Numbered from the whole stretch's first letter, positions 38,772-50,098 are shown. The stretch: 63,515 nt of DNA, filler included, from Chthonomonadaceae bacterium (GCA_035650735.1; 5 parts of 5 records of this genome joined end to end with filler, not necessarily neighbours in it); one strand, 5' to 3'. The notes: a model not told the origin generated them from the sequence alone. Translations and numbers: made by a program.

Positions 38772-40064
38772 TTAACCAGATATTTCGCCGACTGTCAAGG
38801 CGGGCGGCGCCTCGGCCTCGGCCTTCGCAGGGAGGGGCAGCGTTACGGCAGCCGTCAGGCAGGCCCAGGCCAGCCCCCAATACGTCTCCGGCAGGTAGGT
38901 CACATTGCCCGCTACATTGTAGACCACATGGTAGAGCGGCAGCCAGACCGCGATCCCCCACCCGAGCAGCAACAGGCAGTCTTTGGGACGCCGCCCAACG
39001 GCCAGCACCATCAGCCAGAGCGCCAGGACGCCGATAAAGAGCTGCCAGTAGGTATTGGGCAGCAGCCACCACGCCCAGCCATCCAGCCCATCCAGTAGGA
39101 AGGTGACCAGCAGAAAGCCGCCGGCAAGCACGGCCCACGCGAGCCGCTCCCGACCCCTGCGGCTGGCAAGCAGAACCCCTGCCGCCGTCGCTGCGGCTGC
39201 CCACACGGCCAGCATGTTGATGGATGTGGAAGGCCCCACCGGCGTCGGCAATAGAAAAGCCAGCAGGCGATGGGCCAGCCCGCCCACCTCGATAGGCGCC
39301 ATCGTGTTTCGCACCCTGGCGGCGGTACGCGGCACGGGCTGCCCCGGCAGGAAGCCAAGCCCGCCCAGCGCATGAAGACGCCAGGCCACAAACGCCGCCG
39401 CGATCAGCCAGGCCCCGCCGATCAGCGCCGCCTTTGACCGGCGCGGTATACCGGGGGCATGCAGCACAAGCAGAGTCGCCAGCGCGGGCAGGATGAGGGC
39501 AACCTCCTTCGAGGCCATCGCCAGCAGCGCCGCCGCGCTGGAAATCGGCAGCCAGAACCATTTCCGCCCGTCAAGATAGAGCTTGAGCGTCAGAAGGGCC
39601 AGCAGGGCGAAGAAACCGGCCAGCATATCGGTCTGCGCGGGCGTCCACTGGATGGCCCCCAGCATCCGGTCACGAAACCCCCACACGGCCGCGCCCACCC
39701 ATCCTGCCGTGGCGGATCGAAAGAGGCGGCGGCAGAGCAGCGCCAGCATCAGGGTTGAGCCCATGTGCAGACACAGCGAGAGGGCCTGCCAGGGCGCGCT
39801 CCGCTCGCCAAACAGCCGGTACTCCCCATACATCGCCAGGCTGGTGACGGGGCGATAGTAGGTAAAGATCTCATGCCCGATCCAGGAGCCGGTGAGCCAA
39901 CCGGCGACGTCCTTGCCGGTCGCCTTGCGGCACTCTGTCAGGATGTAGCCCATGTCGTTGCCGCCGGCGTACCAGTCCCCGCCGACCGCTGCCCGGAAGG
40001 CCATCCCTTCGAGCAGGATCAGCGCCAGCAGCGCCGCGATCCAGAGCCCGCGCCGCGTCTGCAA
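38772..40064 (-). CDS. Polytopic membrane protein, GT-C glycosyltransferase-like (start may be 40142)
   Basis: YYRPV, H, SKE motifs and many transmembrane segments. Confidence 0.7.
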   Translation of the reverse strand: MQTRRGLWIAALLALILLEGMAFRAAVGGDWYAGGNDMGYILTECRKATGKDVAGWLTGSWIGHEIFTYYRPVTSLAMYGEYRLFGERSAPWQALSLCLHMGSTLMLALLCRRLFRSATAGWVGAAVWGFRDRMLGAIQWTPAQTDMLAGFFALLALLTLKLYLDGRKWFWLPISSAAALLAMASKEVALILPALATLLVLHAPGIPRRSKAALIGGAWLIAAAFVAWRLHALGGLGFLPGQPVPRTAARVRNTMAPIEVGGLAHRLLAFLLPTPVGPSTSINMLAVWAAAATAAGVLLASRRGRERLAWAVLAGGFLLVTFLLDGLDGWAWWLLPNTYWQLFIGVLALWLMVLAVGRRPKDCLLLLGWGIAVWLPLYHVVYNVAGNVTYLPETYWGLAWACLTAAVTLPLPAKAEAEAPPALTVGEISG

Positions 40065-40156
40065 AGCGCGCTCGATGCTCTGTAGTATCTCCCGCAGCGA
40101 GCACGCCCGCGCCGTTATGGGGATGGAGCGTACGCTTTCGATGGGATCGCCCTCCT

Positions 40157-40618
40157 TTAAAACACGCGGCGGCTGTCTAAGAGCAGAGTCACCGGGCCGT
40201 CGTTGACCAGGGAGACCTGCATCTCCGCGCCGAACGCCCCGTACTGCACCGGCACGCCCTGTTCGGCCAGCGCCGCGCCGAACGCCTGATAGAGCGCTTC
40301 TGCCAGCGGGCCGGAGGCGGCCTCCGTGAAGCTGGGGCGGCGTCCCTTGCGGCAGTCGCCATAGAGGGTAAAATTGGAGACGACCAGCGCGCTGCCGCCC
40401 GTTTCCAATAGGGAGCGGTTGAGCTTGCCCGCCTCATCCTCAAAGACGCGCAGGTTAGCAATTTTGTCGGCCAGGGCGCGCGCCTCCGCCTCCGTATCGT
40501 CACTGTGAACGCCCACCAGCACCAGAAACCCCGGCCCGATGGCGCCGATCTCGCGCGTCTCCCCCGCCTCCACCAGGCTGACCGCCGCCCGCAGCACCCG
40601 CTGCACTACCGCCCGCAT
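40157..40618 (-). CDS. dtd: D-aminoacyl-tRNA deacylase
   Basis: [26 protein letters not shown]. Confidence 0.96.
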   Translation of the reverse strand: MRAVVQRVLRAAVSLVEAGETREIGAIGPGFLVLVGVHSDDTEAEARALADKIANLRVFEDEAGKLNRSLLETGGSALVVSNFTLYGDCRKGRRPSFTEAASGPLAEALYQAFGAALAEQGVPVQYGAFGAEMQVSLVNDGPVTLLLDSRRVF

Positions 40619-40817
40619 TTACTCTCCTTCCTCATTTTGATCGGTTCTGCATGGAATATGCCTATCCCTCCGCAAGGCGCCTTTACTTTTAACAAGTTTA
40701 GCAATCGTTGTAAATGCTTTCCTTGCGGTCGCACAGGCAATGGCGTCCGCATACTGTCTCAATCTCAGAAGGTGGGGCTGGCTGCATTTTTCCTCTGTAA
40801 TTCCTCTCAGAGGAGAT

Positions 40818-42725
40818 TTACCCGTCCAGCCAGTGTGTCTCTGCCGTCCAGCCCAGAAAACGCCGTGCCTGGCCGGAATACAGAGATGAGTCAGAGGCTT
40901 CCAACCGCAGCCCCCGCACGGCTCGATTAAGTCCCTCTATCGCAGGTTGGAAACGTGCCTGAAACTCAGGACGCTGCTTTTTCAGGTACTCGGATGCCCA
41001 GGCAAGAAAGGTTCGCGCTGAATCCTCCGATTCCAGTGCCAGAAAGAAAACCATTTGCCGCCAGGCATACGCTGCGTTCTTGATCGTTTGTAACCGCGCC
41101 TTTCTATGCGGGGCAGGCTGCTGAAGACGCCGACAAATCCACGAGAAGCAGCGTTGGGCCAACTCTGTGAAGCAAGGCTGCAATGTACTCACCAGCCCGA
41201 GGGCTATAAACAACGCAGCTAGATTGTGGGGGGTCAGTATCTGCTCCTGCTCGATGATCTTACCGTTGTGCGCGACCCACGAGCCTCCCCTGGCCGGCCC
41301 CGCCAGTTCGCTGCAAAGTTGGAAGAACGCGGGCAAGGTGTGGGGGTTCCTCCGTAACGGGAAGGCTGAACGTCGTTGATTTGTAGCACGCGCCTATAGG
41401 AAATTCCATAGTAGCGCTCATAGAGAGAGCCTTCCAGAAGCGTACCGGCCATCTGCGCCGCGCGCAGGAACTTCTCAGAAAAAGCGCCCATGAAAATATC
41501 GGCAGCTACCTCATCGACAAGCGGGAGGTCAAGCCCTGCGTTTTGGCTCAACGTTCGGAGTTCCTGGAGCAGCTTATTGGGCAAGATCTGGTGCGGGAAG
41601 GCCGTAACGGCCAATGTGGCAACCTGATCCAGTGTCTGCCGGGCCATCTCCTGCGTTCCCAAGCTGTTGTGCCGCAGTGCTTCGATGGCTTTAATCCACG
41701 GCAACTCGACGAGCTTGACCTGATGTTGCAGGTTGAGCAGCAATAGGGAGCGCCTGCGGCGAAATGCCTGGTAGATAGCTCCTTACAACTGTTGCAGGTC
41801 AGGATCGGCGAAGCTGGCAGCAGAAACTTGAGCCGTAATCTGCGGAATTACCCTGGCTAGGACCTCACCGGAGGGAATGATGTCTCGCGCGGCAAGGACC
41901 TCCACGGGAGCCGTCAGGCAACGTTGGACTTTTCGTTCCAGCGGTTCGGCCAGGGGCTGGCCTATTTTCAGGTGGTGCTTCCCGGCTTCTTCCGTAATCG
42001 GCGCAAGCGCCGCGTCGAGTGTGTCCAGACCTTCATCCGGCGGCAGCTTTGACAGACGAGCGATGACGACTTGGGCGAGTTCGGCATGGGTCGGTCGCTC
42101 GGCTAAGGCAGCCTGGAATTGCCGCAGACCTCGGCAGCGTTCCGAACTGGGAATGCCGCGTCGCATCACGATATGCGCGAACACCGCGCGAATCCTGCCT
42201 ACGTCTCGCCCGGTCAGCCGCTTCGCCCTGATTGTGTGCAAGCAGCCAGGCGACGACGAGCAGCGCACCCTCTTCCGGGACGTTTATGCGGTAGCGCCCT
42301 GTTCTCACCATCTGCTGCAGTTCGGCGATGCCAGGGTCACTCAGGTAGTAGCTATTGAGTATGGCCCTGGGCATAGCAGAGGGTTCAATGGCAAGCCGTT
42401 TTAGAAGCTCCTCCTCGTGGGGTTGCAATGCGCCCCCAGCAAAGAGGTCGCCTGTCACGAACCCACCTTGAACGACTTGGAGCGTAGCCCAGGCGGGTGT
42501 ATCCGCGACAGGAGTACGCGAGCCGACATGGAGCGTGCCGGACAGCATCCCCTCGAACACCTTGACCCAGTTGTCGATCTTTTTGACAGCCCGTGCCCGG
42601 GTCGCCGGGTCTGGATGCTTCTGGCTGGTGGCAAATGCGCGAGCGAGTTGCCCCAGAGCATAGCCCGGATTCGCGCTCATTTCAGAGGAAGGGTCATCGT
42701 TGCGTTTTTCAGGAACAGGTCTCAT
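40818..42725 (-). pseudogene. Fragmented large hypothetical gene (at least four co-oriented pieces)
   Basis: Consecutive protein-like segments in different frames (42725-~42220, ~42220-41783, 41743-~41340, ~41300-40818); lower-GC region. Confidence 0.7.
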
Positions 42726-42859
42726 GGAAGGTCACCTCAGTCCACAATTGTTGAGGAAAACCGATATTGTTGTTCCTCTTCGACCGACCACTTGACTTAT
42801 CCTGCCTGTCTAGGGGTATTGATAAGGTCCTTCCGTTTTCTTTACGGGCGGCGAAAGCC

Positions 42860-43050
42860 TCGCCAGGTGGAGGCAGGGGCCGTAACCCTGCCGACCCTGG
42901 CAGTAGCAACCAGGGCACTAGCCCCCCTGCGCGGGTTCGTTTCTCCCCTCTTCTTATCAAGGAGAGGGGCCGGGGGTGAGGTCTGTAGTCGCCGTAGGCC
43001 GACTTCGTGCCTTGGTTGCCGCGAATGCATTCGCCCGCTACCGGCAACGG
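42860..43050. repeat. Mosaic REP cluster
   Basis: ggaggcaggggccgtaaccctgccgaccc is shared with 58750-58778; ctcccctc..gagaggggccgggggtgagg is related to ~26684-26722; gcgaatgcattcgc palindrome. Confidence 0.75.
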
Positions 43051-43081
43051 AAGGACCCAGGGGGTATTGAGTGCGGTTCGG

Positions 43082-46000
43082 CTACTGCCAGCTTGCGTAG
43101 ACAATGACGCCATCCGGGTTGTTGGGGTAGCGCAACAGCGCCGTCCCCCCCTCCTGCCGGGCCTCTAGGGGAACCGATTGGCCCAGCCGGTCGGTGGCGC
43201 GAGCGCCGGTCAGCCTCTTGCGCCCCGCGTGCAGCCGGGCTACTCCCATCGTGCCCGCCGGCCCGCGCGCAAAGAAGACCGTACGCGTCGGCGTCTCCAG
43301 GCGGGCCTGCACGCGCCCGGAGACAAAGCCAATATGCGGCGGCACGTCTCCCGGCCCCAGGTCATAGAGCAGGGCCATCGAGTGCGGCGGAATGATCCGG
43401 TCGGCGGCGACGGCCAGCGTGGGCGAGAGGACATCCACCGTGCGGCCTTCCACCGTCTCCGGCTCGCCAAACGTGCGGAGAATCGTGTATCGGCCTCGCT
43501 GTAGCCGCAGCGCACCCGCCTCGCGATAGGTCGCCCCAACCCGCTGGCAGGCGTACTGCGTCAGGGCACGCAATAGGCCGGCGCTGCGCTCGCTGGCCGA
43601 GAAAAAGCCCGGCGCGACGCCGACGTTCATGATCAATCCCTGCCCCACCGCCTGTGTCCAGACCGCCGCCCCGCCCGACCGCAGCGTGTAGAGCACGGCA
43701 GGACGCCCGCTGTTGCCTTCCGCCTGCCCGTTGCCCGTCCCTCCATTCGCAATCGGCTGGGCTTGCGGCGCGTCTCGCTTGTCGCTGCGCGCGCCGTTCT
43801 CCGCTGGGGATGCGCCCGCCATCTGCGGATAGACGGTAGCGGCGTAGGCAGCGCCGATACGCAGGCGCGGAAACGCCCTGGTCAGCGCGCCGCCCTCCGG
43901 CGTGCCGAGCAGCGTGTGGCCGATCTGGGGCTGGGCGGAGGCCGCCGAAACCAGGAAGCCGTTGCCCATGTCCACCGTCAGCGTCACCGTGCGGTCGCGC
44001 GGCAGGTTATCGAACTGGTACGTCCAGGAGGCCCTTCCATCCGCAAAGCGCGCCTCGCCGTTAAATTGGCTGCCGTGGTCGTAGACCAGGAACCGATTCT
44101 CCACCTCTGACCCGGCCTGGAAGGCGGCGGCAAGCTGATCGCCGATACGCAGCTCCGCCGAAGCCACAAACGCGCCCCAGCCGTCCTGCACGGTCACGTC
44201 GGCGAAGCGGACGGCCACGCTGCCCGTCTCCTTCACAAACGGCGTCAGGTCCAGCACGTAGCGGCGGCGGTTGCGCAGGTTATGTTCTGCGCCATCGCCC
44301 TTCAGCAGCACCTGATAGCCGCGCAAATCCTCCTGCGCCGCGGTGACGGCGTGGCCCGCCCCCTCCACCGGAATGCCCGTCTGCGTCCAGAGGTCGGCCT
44401 GCGGCGCGGACAGACCAGCCTTCCGCCACCAGGAGTCGGCGACGGCGTTGTAGGCGTCCGAGCCGCCGAAAAAGAGCAGGCTGCCGCCGCGCTTGACCCA
44501 ATCCGCCAGCGCCGCCTGCGTCCGCGCGTCCGGCGGCTTCTGGAAATCGTAGGAGAGCAGCAGCGTCTTGAAGCGGTTGAGGTATCCCGGATCGGCAGCG
44601 CGGTCGAGGGAGACTACCTGCACGGGCACGCCCCGCAGCAGGAGCGGCAGAGTCAGCCCGAAGAAACCGTCGAAGTCGCTGGGATTGGGCGGCTCACGCT
44701 GCCACTGCATCGAGTCGGAGACAAAGACGCCGATATCAGCGCCGGAGGAGGCGTTCCCGCCGTTATTGGGCTGCCGATGCATCTCCTCCAGGGCCGCGAT
44801 CACGCTGTTGATCTCGATGGCGTAGCTTTCGGGGATGTGACCATAGACGCGCTCCGGCCAGGGCATGACCTCGTAGGCGTTGACGTCGGGGAAGAACAGC
44901 GCGGCGATCAGCGTCTGCTCGTAATGGCTCTTGTAGTCCTCCAGAGGCAGGTTGGGCGTATCGCCCAACGGGTCCATCAGGAACCAGAGCCGCTTATCGG
45001 TACCCCGCAGCAGATGATAGAGCGAGGAGTATTCCAGGTAAGCCAGCGAGAACGTGTGATCCTGCCGCAAGCCGGCGTAGCGGGCCGGAGTGCGCGCCGT
45101 CTCCGACCAGACCTGCCCGATCACATCCTGTAAGCCCGGCAGGCTCGTGATCCGATAGTGCGGGGAGACGATGCCCCACTGCGCGTAGGAGACGGGGCTG
45201 TGCAGGGCGACCATGCGCCGTGCGCCCGGCCTGGCCTGCCCGGCCCCCTGGAGCAGCGTGGCGATGTGATTTGTCTCCAGCGCCGCCATCAACTGTCCCG
45301 CTTTCCAGCGCGCATCCACGCTGCTGGCCGGGTCCTGCCAGGGAATGCCGTACTGCCGCTGCCACGCCCGCTTGAAAGCCGCCTCGTAGCCTGCGCGCGC
45401 CCAGTACTCCGGCTCCTCCGGACAGATCCCCTCGCTGCCGTTGGCAAGCGCCGCCTCGTAGTAGGCGCGCTCGACGGCAATGCGGTTCTCGGTAGGCGAA
45501 AGGTAGTAGCTCTCCCCGATAGAGAGCGGCGTGCCGTCGGCGGTCGTCTGCACCTCGTCCCGATGCCGGTCGGCGTAGGCTTTCCCATCGCGCGCCCCGC
45601 CCATCGTCCAGACCGTGTAGCCGCGCGTCTTCCACCCGCCGATGGCGGTGGCATCCGTGCTGTAGACAAAGAGGGAGTCGGTCTGAAGGTCTAAGTTGGG
45701 ATTGGGCGGCTGCGGGGTCTGCGTGGTCGTATACGGCTGGTCGGGAGGCCGCATCACCACCGGACGCGCCGCGCCCGGCATTCCCTCCCGCATCAGATCG
45801 ATCACGCTGTCGGGCACGCCCGCGCCGCTACTGTCCGGCTCCATCTGCAGGAAGCGCACCAGGCGTACCGAGATAGGCGCGGTTTTGGCGCTCAGTAGCA
45901 CCTGCATTCGCGCGCCCGTCCGCCACTTCGTCGGCACCGTCCACTGCACCCCCAGCGTGTTCGGGTCCTCGTTCTGTACTTGCACCGGCAGCGGCTTATT

Positions 46001-46306
46001 ATCCGGCCCCACGGCGATCACGTTGGGCGGGGCACTCCCGGCCTCGCCCCCCAGCGCCAGCGCCAGACGGCACCGCGCGCCCGGCGCCACCGGAAACCCA
46101 TAGACCCAAAACTTCCCGACCTCCGCGCGCCGCTCCTCGCCCTCCACCGTCGCGCCGGCATTTTTCCCCAGATAGGCCGACTCCGCCGGCGTCCCCGGCG
46201 CAAACACCGTCGCATAGGGCACCGGCGGACCGGCGATGGCCGCACCGCCGCACGCCAGTAACAACCCGCCCAGCACAACATCACCCAGTTTCCGCATACG
46301 CTTCAT
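43082..46306 (-). CDS. Large secreted hypothetical protein, putative glycoside hydrolase-like with GATase-like domain
   Basis: Signal peptide; EEPEYW, LLSYDFQKP...LADWVKRGGSLLFFG; typical codon usage. Confidence 0.7.
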   Translation of the reverse strand: MKRMRKLGDVVLGGLLLACGGAAIAGPPVPYATVFAPGTPAESAYLGKNAGATVEGEERRAEVGKFWVYGFPVAPGARCRLALALGGEAGSAPPNVIAVGPDNKPLPVQVQNEDPNTLGVQWTVPTKWRTGARMQVLLSAKTAPISVRLVRFLQMEPDSSGAGVPDSVIDLMREGMPGAARPVVMRPPDQPYTTTQTPQPPNPNLDLQTDSLFVYSTDATAIGGWKTRGYTVWTMGGARDGKAYADRHRDEVQTTADGTPLSIGESYYLSPTENRIAVERAYYEAALANGSEGICPEEPEYWARAGYEAAFKRAWQRQYGIPWQDPASSVDARWKAGQLMAALETNHIATLLQGAGQARPGARRMVALHSPVSYAQWGIVSPHYRITSLPGLQDVIGQVWSETARTPARYAGLRQDHTFSLAYLEYSSLYHLLRGTDKRLWFLMDPLGDTPNLPLEDYKSHYEQTLIAALFFPDVNAYEVMPWPERVYGHIPESYAIEINSVIAALEEMHRQPNNGGNASSGADIGVFVSDSMQWQREPPNPSDFDGFFGLTLPLLLRGVPVQVVSLDRAADPGYLNRFKTLLLSYDFQKPPDARTQAALADWVKRGGSLLFFGGSDAYNAVADSWWRKAGLSAPQADLWTQTGIPVEGAGHAVTAAQEDLRGYQVLLKGDGAEHNLRNRRRYVLDLTPFVKETGSVAVRFADVTVQDGWGAFVASAELRIGDQLAAAFQAGSEVENRFLVYDHGSQFNGEARFADGRASWTYQFDNLPRDRTVTLTVDMGNGFLVSAASAQPQIGHTLLGTPEGGALTRAFPRLRIGAAYAATVYPQMAGASPAENGARSDKRDAPQAQPIANGGTGNGQAEGNSGRPAVLYTLRSGGAAVWTQAVGQGLIMNVGVAPGFFSASERSAGLLRALTQYACQRVGATYREAGALRLQRGRYTILRTFGEPETVEGRTVDVLSPTLAVAADRIIPPHSMALLYDLGPGDVPPHIGFVSGRVQARLETPTRTVFFARGPAGTMGVARLHAGRKRLTGARATDRLGQSVPLEARQEGGTALLRYPNNPDGVIVYASWQ

Positions 46307-46360
46307 CCGTCGCGTCGTTCTCCCTCCCTGTCCCAAACTTCTCCAGCCCTCTCGTGCCGG

Positions 46361-46540
46361 GCACGGAAACTACCCGGCTCCAGGGCCTACGGCCAAGCGA
46401 CTGCAAGGGACGGCGCTACGCTTGCTCGCGCCTTTGCCTTGCGACTGGCGGACGCGCCTGTCCCGCAGGAGTTTCCGTCCGAAGGACGGTTGGCGGCGCA
46501 GCCGCCCTCTAGCCGGGTATTTTCAATGCCCGGCAAAGGC
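46361..46540. repeat. Mosaic REP cluster
   Basis: gactgcaagggacggcgct unit plus several short palindromes. Confidence 0.55.
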
Positions 46541-46560
46541 AGGTGCGACTGGTTCCTCTC

Positions 46561-47598
46561 TCAAGTCGTCAGCAGGATCTTCATCGTCGGGCCGGGGTCG
46601 GTCGTCAGCTTGTCGAAGGCGGCCTGTCCCGCCTCCAGAGGCAGCGCTTCCGTCCACGCCGAAAGATCCACGTCGCCGCTTTCGATCAGCCGCTTGGAAA
46701 GCGCAAAATCGGCGGCAGTGTAGGCAAAGGAGCCTTGCAGACGCAGCTCGTTGCGCACGACGGCGGCAAAATCAATACTGCTGTTCACCTCATGCAGGCC
46801 CAGCAGCAGGATCTCCCCGCCTTTTCTCACCGCGTTGACGCAGGCCGCGCGCACCACCTGGCTGCCGTGCGCGTCTATCACAATGTCTGCCCCCGTCCCG
46901 CCCAGGCGCTCCCGGAGGGCGGCGACAGGCTCCGTCTCCTGCGCGTTGATGGCGTGCTTCGCCCCCAGCCCCTTCGCGACTTCCAGACGCTGCGGGTTGA
47001 CATCCACGATGGCGATCTCCCGATACCCCAGCAGCCGCGCCAGCGAGAGCATCAGGCAGCCCTGCGTTCCGGCCCCAAATATCGCCAGCGTGCCGAAGCT
47101 GTGCCGCGTGATCAAGTTAAACAGATGCACGCCGTTGGCAAGCGGCTCGATCATCACGGCGCGGTAATCCGGCAGATCATCAGGAATCGGAAAGACGTTT
47201 TTGGCCGGGAGGATCACGTACTCCGCGAACGCTCCCGGCACCTTATCCATGCCGAGCAGCCGCCAGTCCGCGCAGATATTGGTGTGCCCGCTCCGGCAGG
47301 CCGCGCACTTCCCGCAGGGCATCAGCGGGTTCACCACCACCCGCTGTCCCTCCTGAAACGGCCATTCGCCGCCATCAGGAGGCGGGCTTTGCGGCATCCG
47401 CGCCACCGTTCCGACCGCCTCATGCCCCAGCACCAGCGGCGGCTTGCGGCGCGGGCTGTGCCCCAGGAAGCCTGCCATATCCGAGCCGCAGATTCCCGTC
47501 GCGCGCACCTTCAGGAGCACATCGTCCGGCCCAGGCGTCGGCTCGGGGCGCGTCTCCATCGTTACGCGCTTGATATCGCTATAGACAAGCGCTCTCAT
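46561..47598 (-). CDS. Zinc-dependent alcohol/sugar dehydrogenase (MDR)
   Basis: GICGSD, LGHE, CGKCAAC...C, EP, GAGTQG; AGGAGG SD. Confidence 0.92.
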   Translation of the reverse strand: MRALVYSDIKRVTMETRPEPTPGPDDVLLKVRATGICGSDMAGFLGHSPRRKPPLVLGHEAVGTVARMPQSPPPDGGEWPFQEGQRVVVNPLMPCGKCAACRSGHTNICADWRLLGMDKVPGAFAEYVILPAKNVFPIPDDLPDYRAVMIEPLANGVHLFNLITRHSFGTLAIFGAGTQGCLMLSLARLLGYREIAIVDVNPQRLEVAKGLGAKHAINAQETEPVAALRERLGGTGADIVIDAHGSQVVRAACVNAVRKGGEILLLGLHEVNSSIDFAAVVRNELRLQGSFAYTAADFALSKRLIESGDVDLSAWTEALPLEAGQAAFDKLTTDPGPTMKILLTT

Positions 47599-47630
47599 CG
47601 CTGTCATGCCTCCTGACGTCACCTCTGGCT

Positions 47631-47799
47631 CGGCAGGCTAAACCCTGCCGCTAGGGAGCCTGCGGCCCGCTGACTGCAAGGGGCGGGGCTACAATGGCTC
47701 GCCCCTCCGCCTTGCGATGCCTACGCAGACAGAGAGTCTCGCCCACGTAGGTGGGCGACGGGCGCTTTGCGCCCCACAGCGGCAGGGTTTAGCCTGCCG
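47631..47799. repeat. Mosaic REP cluster bounded by two inverted CGGCAGG-N6-CCTGCCG units
   Basis: Units at 47631-47650 and 47780-47799. Confidence 0.85.
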
Positions 47800-47813
47800 G
47801 GAGAGGGATGAGG

Positions 47814-49226
47814 TTAAAACCCGATGCGCGGGCTTTTTATCGGCGAATGCGTCACCAGCGTCTTCCGGTGCAGCGTGCCGTCCCGGTGATCCAGAAGCAG
47901 ATCGGTGCAGATGCTGTAGTAATCCAGAAGCTCCTGCGCGTATTTATCGCACTCCTCCTCCGGCGGGAAATGCTTGGCCAGGTCTTCGGCGACGGCCTGC
48001 GGGCTGCGCGTCTCCTCAATGCGCGTCACCGACTGCTGGTCAGCGCTCACCTCCAGGCGCGGCTCCCACGGCAGCGTGCATACCTGCGACAACAGGCCGG
48101 CGATATCCGGGGTCATCGGCTGGCGCTCCGTCCAGCGCACATCCAGCGCGAACGTGATCAGCCCCGCCCGCGCCTGCAATAGATCGATAAGCGCCTCCTC
48201 GTTGGGCAGGCTCATCACGTCATAGGAGTGCGCCATCACCAGTAGCCCCAGCTCGTCCTCATCGTCGCTGTTGTCGCCAGGTTGGTAGGGACGGATATTC
48301 TCCTCGTCAATCTCCCACCACTGCGCAAACAGGCGGGCCAGCGGCTCCGAGTTCTCGCCCAGCCACAGCAGGCGATTGGGCGCATAGCCCTTCGTGTCCA
48401 GCAGCGCCGCCGTCGTCCCGACGATATCGGCGACATCCTCCTCGCCCAACTGCACCAGGACGTACCGCCCGCCGGGAGCGTCCTCATCCGAGTTGGTATC
48501 AATCAGCATGCCGCGCGTCTGAACATAGTGCCAGGCACGCAGATCCATCTCTTCCACGCCGTCGAAATCGTGCACCCGAGCTATCAGGTCCCCGATCTCC
48601 TCGTGCGCCTCCTCCATGCCCGGAAACTGCGCGGCGGCTTCCGGCGACGCGATCTGATAGACGGCCTCCGCCTCGTCTATCTGGCGCAGCAGCGCATAGC
48701 ACTCCGCCATCTCCAGGATCAGCCAGATCGGAAGCCCGCCATACTTATCGTTTAGCTCGTGGAAGGCGTTGATCGCCTCCTGATAGGCGCCCAGGTCCAT
48801 CAGGCACTGCGCGTAATCCACATCGGCGGCCTGGCTGAGCTCGTTTTTGGTCCCATTCAGCAGCTGCTTGGCCCGCCGCAGAAAGGGCAGCGCGATCACC
48901 GGCTGCTGAAGCTGGAAGAAGCGGTTGCCGATCTGATAGTAGCCCACCGGGTCTTCGCGATTCTGCCGTAGATGGTCGAAAAGCTGATACTCCTCGCTGG
49001 AGGTCGCCCCCGCCCGCTGCGCCATCTGCTGGAGCAGATCGCAGGTCGTGTCCAGCACCAGGTTCGAGGTGACATCCTGCTGGAAGGCAAAGACCATCTG
49101 CTGGAGCGCGGTCGCCGGGTCGCCCTGCTGAGCGATGGCCCTGGCGTTTTCGACGATCTTTTGGACTTCCTCGGAAACCGCCGGCCCGGTCTCAATGGGC
49201 TTCCCGTCCGGCCCAAGTATACGCAT
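47814..49226 (-). CDS. Hypothetical protein with N-terminal TPR-like repeats
   Basis: Long open frame following rsmE; helical repeat pattern. Confidence 0.7.
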   Translation of the reverse strand: MRILGPDGKPIETGPAVSEEVQKIVENARAIAQQGDPATALQQMVFAFQQDVTSNLVLDTTCDLLQQMAQRAGATSSEEYQLFDHLRQNREDPVGYYQIGNRFFQLQQPVIALPFLRRAKQLLNGTKNELSQAADVDYAQCLMDLGAYQEAINAFHELNDKYGGLPIWLILEMAECYALLRQIDEAEAVYQIASPEAAAQFPGMEEAHEEIGDLIARVHDFDGVEEMDLRAWHYVQTRGMLIDTNSDEDAPGGRYVLVQLGEEDVADIVGTTAALLDTKGYAPNRLLWLGENSEPLARLFAQWWEIDEENIRPYQPGDNSDDEDELGLLVMAHSYDVMSLPNEEALIDLLQARAGLITFALDVRWTERQPMTPDIAGLLSQVCTLPWEPRLEVSADQQSVTRIEETRSPQAVAEDLAKHFPPEEECDKYAQELLDYYSICTDLLLDHRDGTLHRKTLVTHSPIKSPRIGF

Positions 49227-49267
49227 GGTAATCTCTCCCTCAGTGATTGGCGCAGGCGGCGCCCCTT

Positions 49268-50023
49268 TCAAGCACAGCCTTCGCCCTCAAAGTGATACAA
49301 AATCTGGCTGATCGCCACCAGCGCGGCGGTTTCCGTGCGCAGAATACGCGGGCCGAGCGTCACCGGCGTTAGATTCGCCGCCCGCCCCGCCGATACCTCC
49401 GCCGGACTCCAGCCGCCCTCCGGCCCGATAGCCAGCAGCAGCCGCGACGGCATCGCCTCCAGCCCCTGCAGGAACGTGCGCAGAGGTATCGCCTCCTCCG
49501 AGGGATGCAGCAGCGCGCCGGGAACTGCCTCCTCCTGCGCTCGCTTGCATAGTTCCACAAAATCCAGCGGCCCCCACACTTCGGGAATGCGCCCCCGCCC
49601 CGATTGCTCGGCGGCCCCTTTGGCGATCTGGCGCCAGCGCGCGACCCGATCCGCCACTTTCGCGGCGGGAATCTCGACCACGCAGCGCTCGGCGCGCACC
49701 GGAACGAACACGCTCGCCCCCGCCTCCGTGCCGTGCTGGAGAACCTGCTCGAACTTATCGCCCTTCCCTAGCGCCTGCGCCACCGTAACCGACACGGGCG
49801 GCTCCTCCGGCAGTTCCAGTCGGGACTCGATGCGCGCAATCGTCTCCGTCTTGCCGATACTTACGAGAACGGCGCGAAAAGCGTTTCCCGCGTTATCCAG
49901 CAGCATCAGCGGCTCGCCCGCACGGGCACGCAGCACGCGCGCTAAATGCTGATGGTCTGCATCCAGAATATGAGCGATATCGTCGGAGATCTGCTCAGGG
50001 GGAAGAAACAGGCGGTACTTCAT
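49268..50023 (-). CDS. rsmE: 16S rRNA m3U1498 methyltransferase
   Basis: HLARVLR, KGDK, AAEQSGR, IGPEGG, LGPRILRTETA. Confidence 0.96.
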   Translation of the reverse strand: MKYRLFLPPEQISDDIAHILDADHQHLARVLRARAGEPLMLLDNAGNAFRAVLVSIGKTETIARIESRLELPEEPPVSVTVAQALGKGDKFEQVLQHGTEAGASVFVPVRAERCVVEIPAAKVADRVARWRQIAKGAAEQSGRGRIPEVWGPLDFVELCKRAQEEAVPGALLHPSEEAIPLRTFLQGLEAMPSRLLLAIGPEGGWSPAEVSAGRAANLTPVTLGPRILRTETAALVAISQILYHFEGEGCA

Positions 50024-50098
50024 GGCGGCAAGAGACCACAGGAGTCAAAAGAACCAGGTCAGCAGCAGGTTTCAGCCTGCCGTAGTTATCAAACATTC

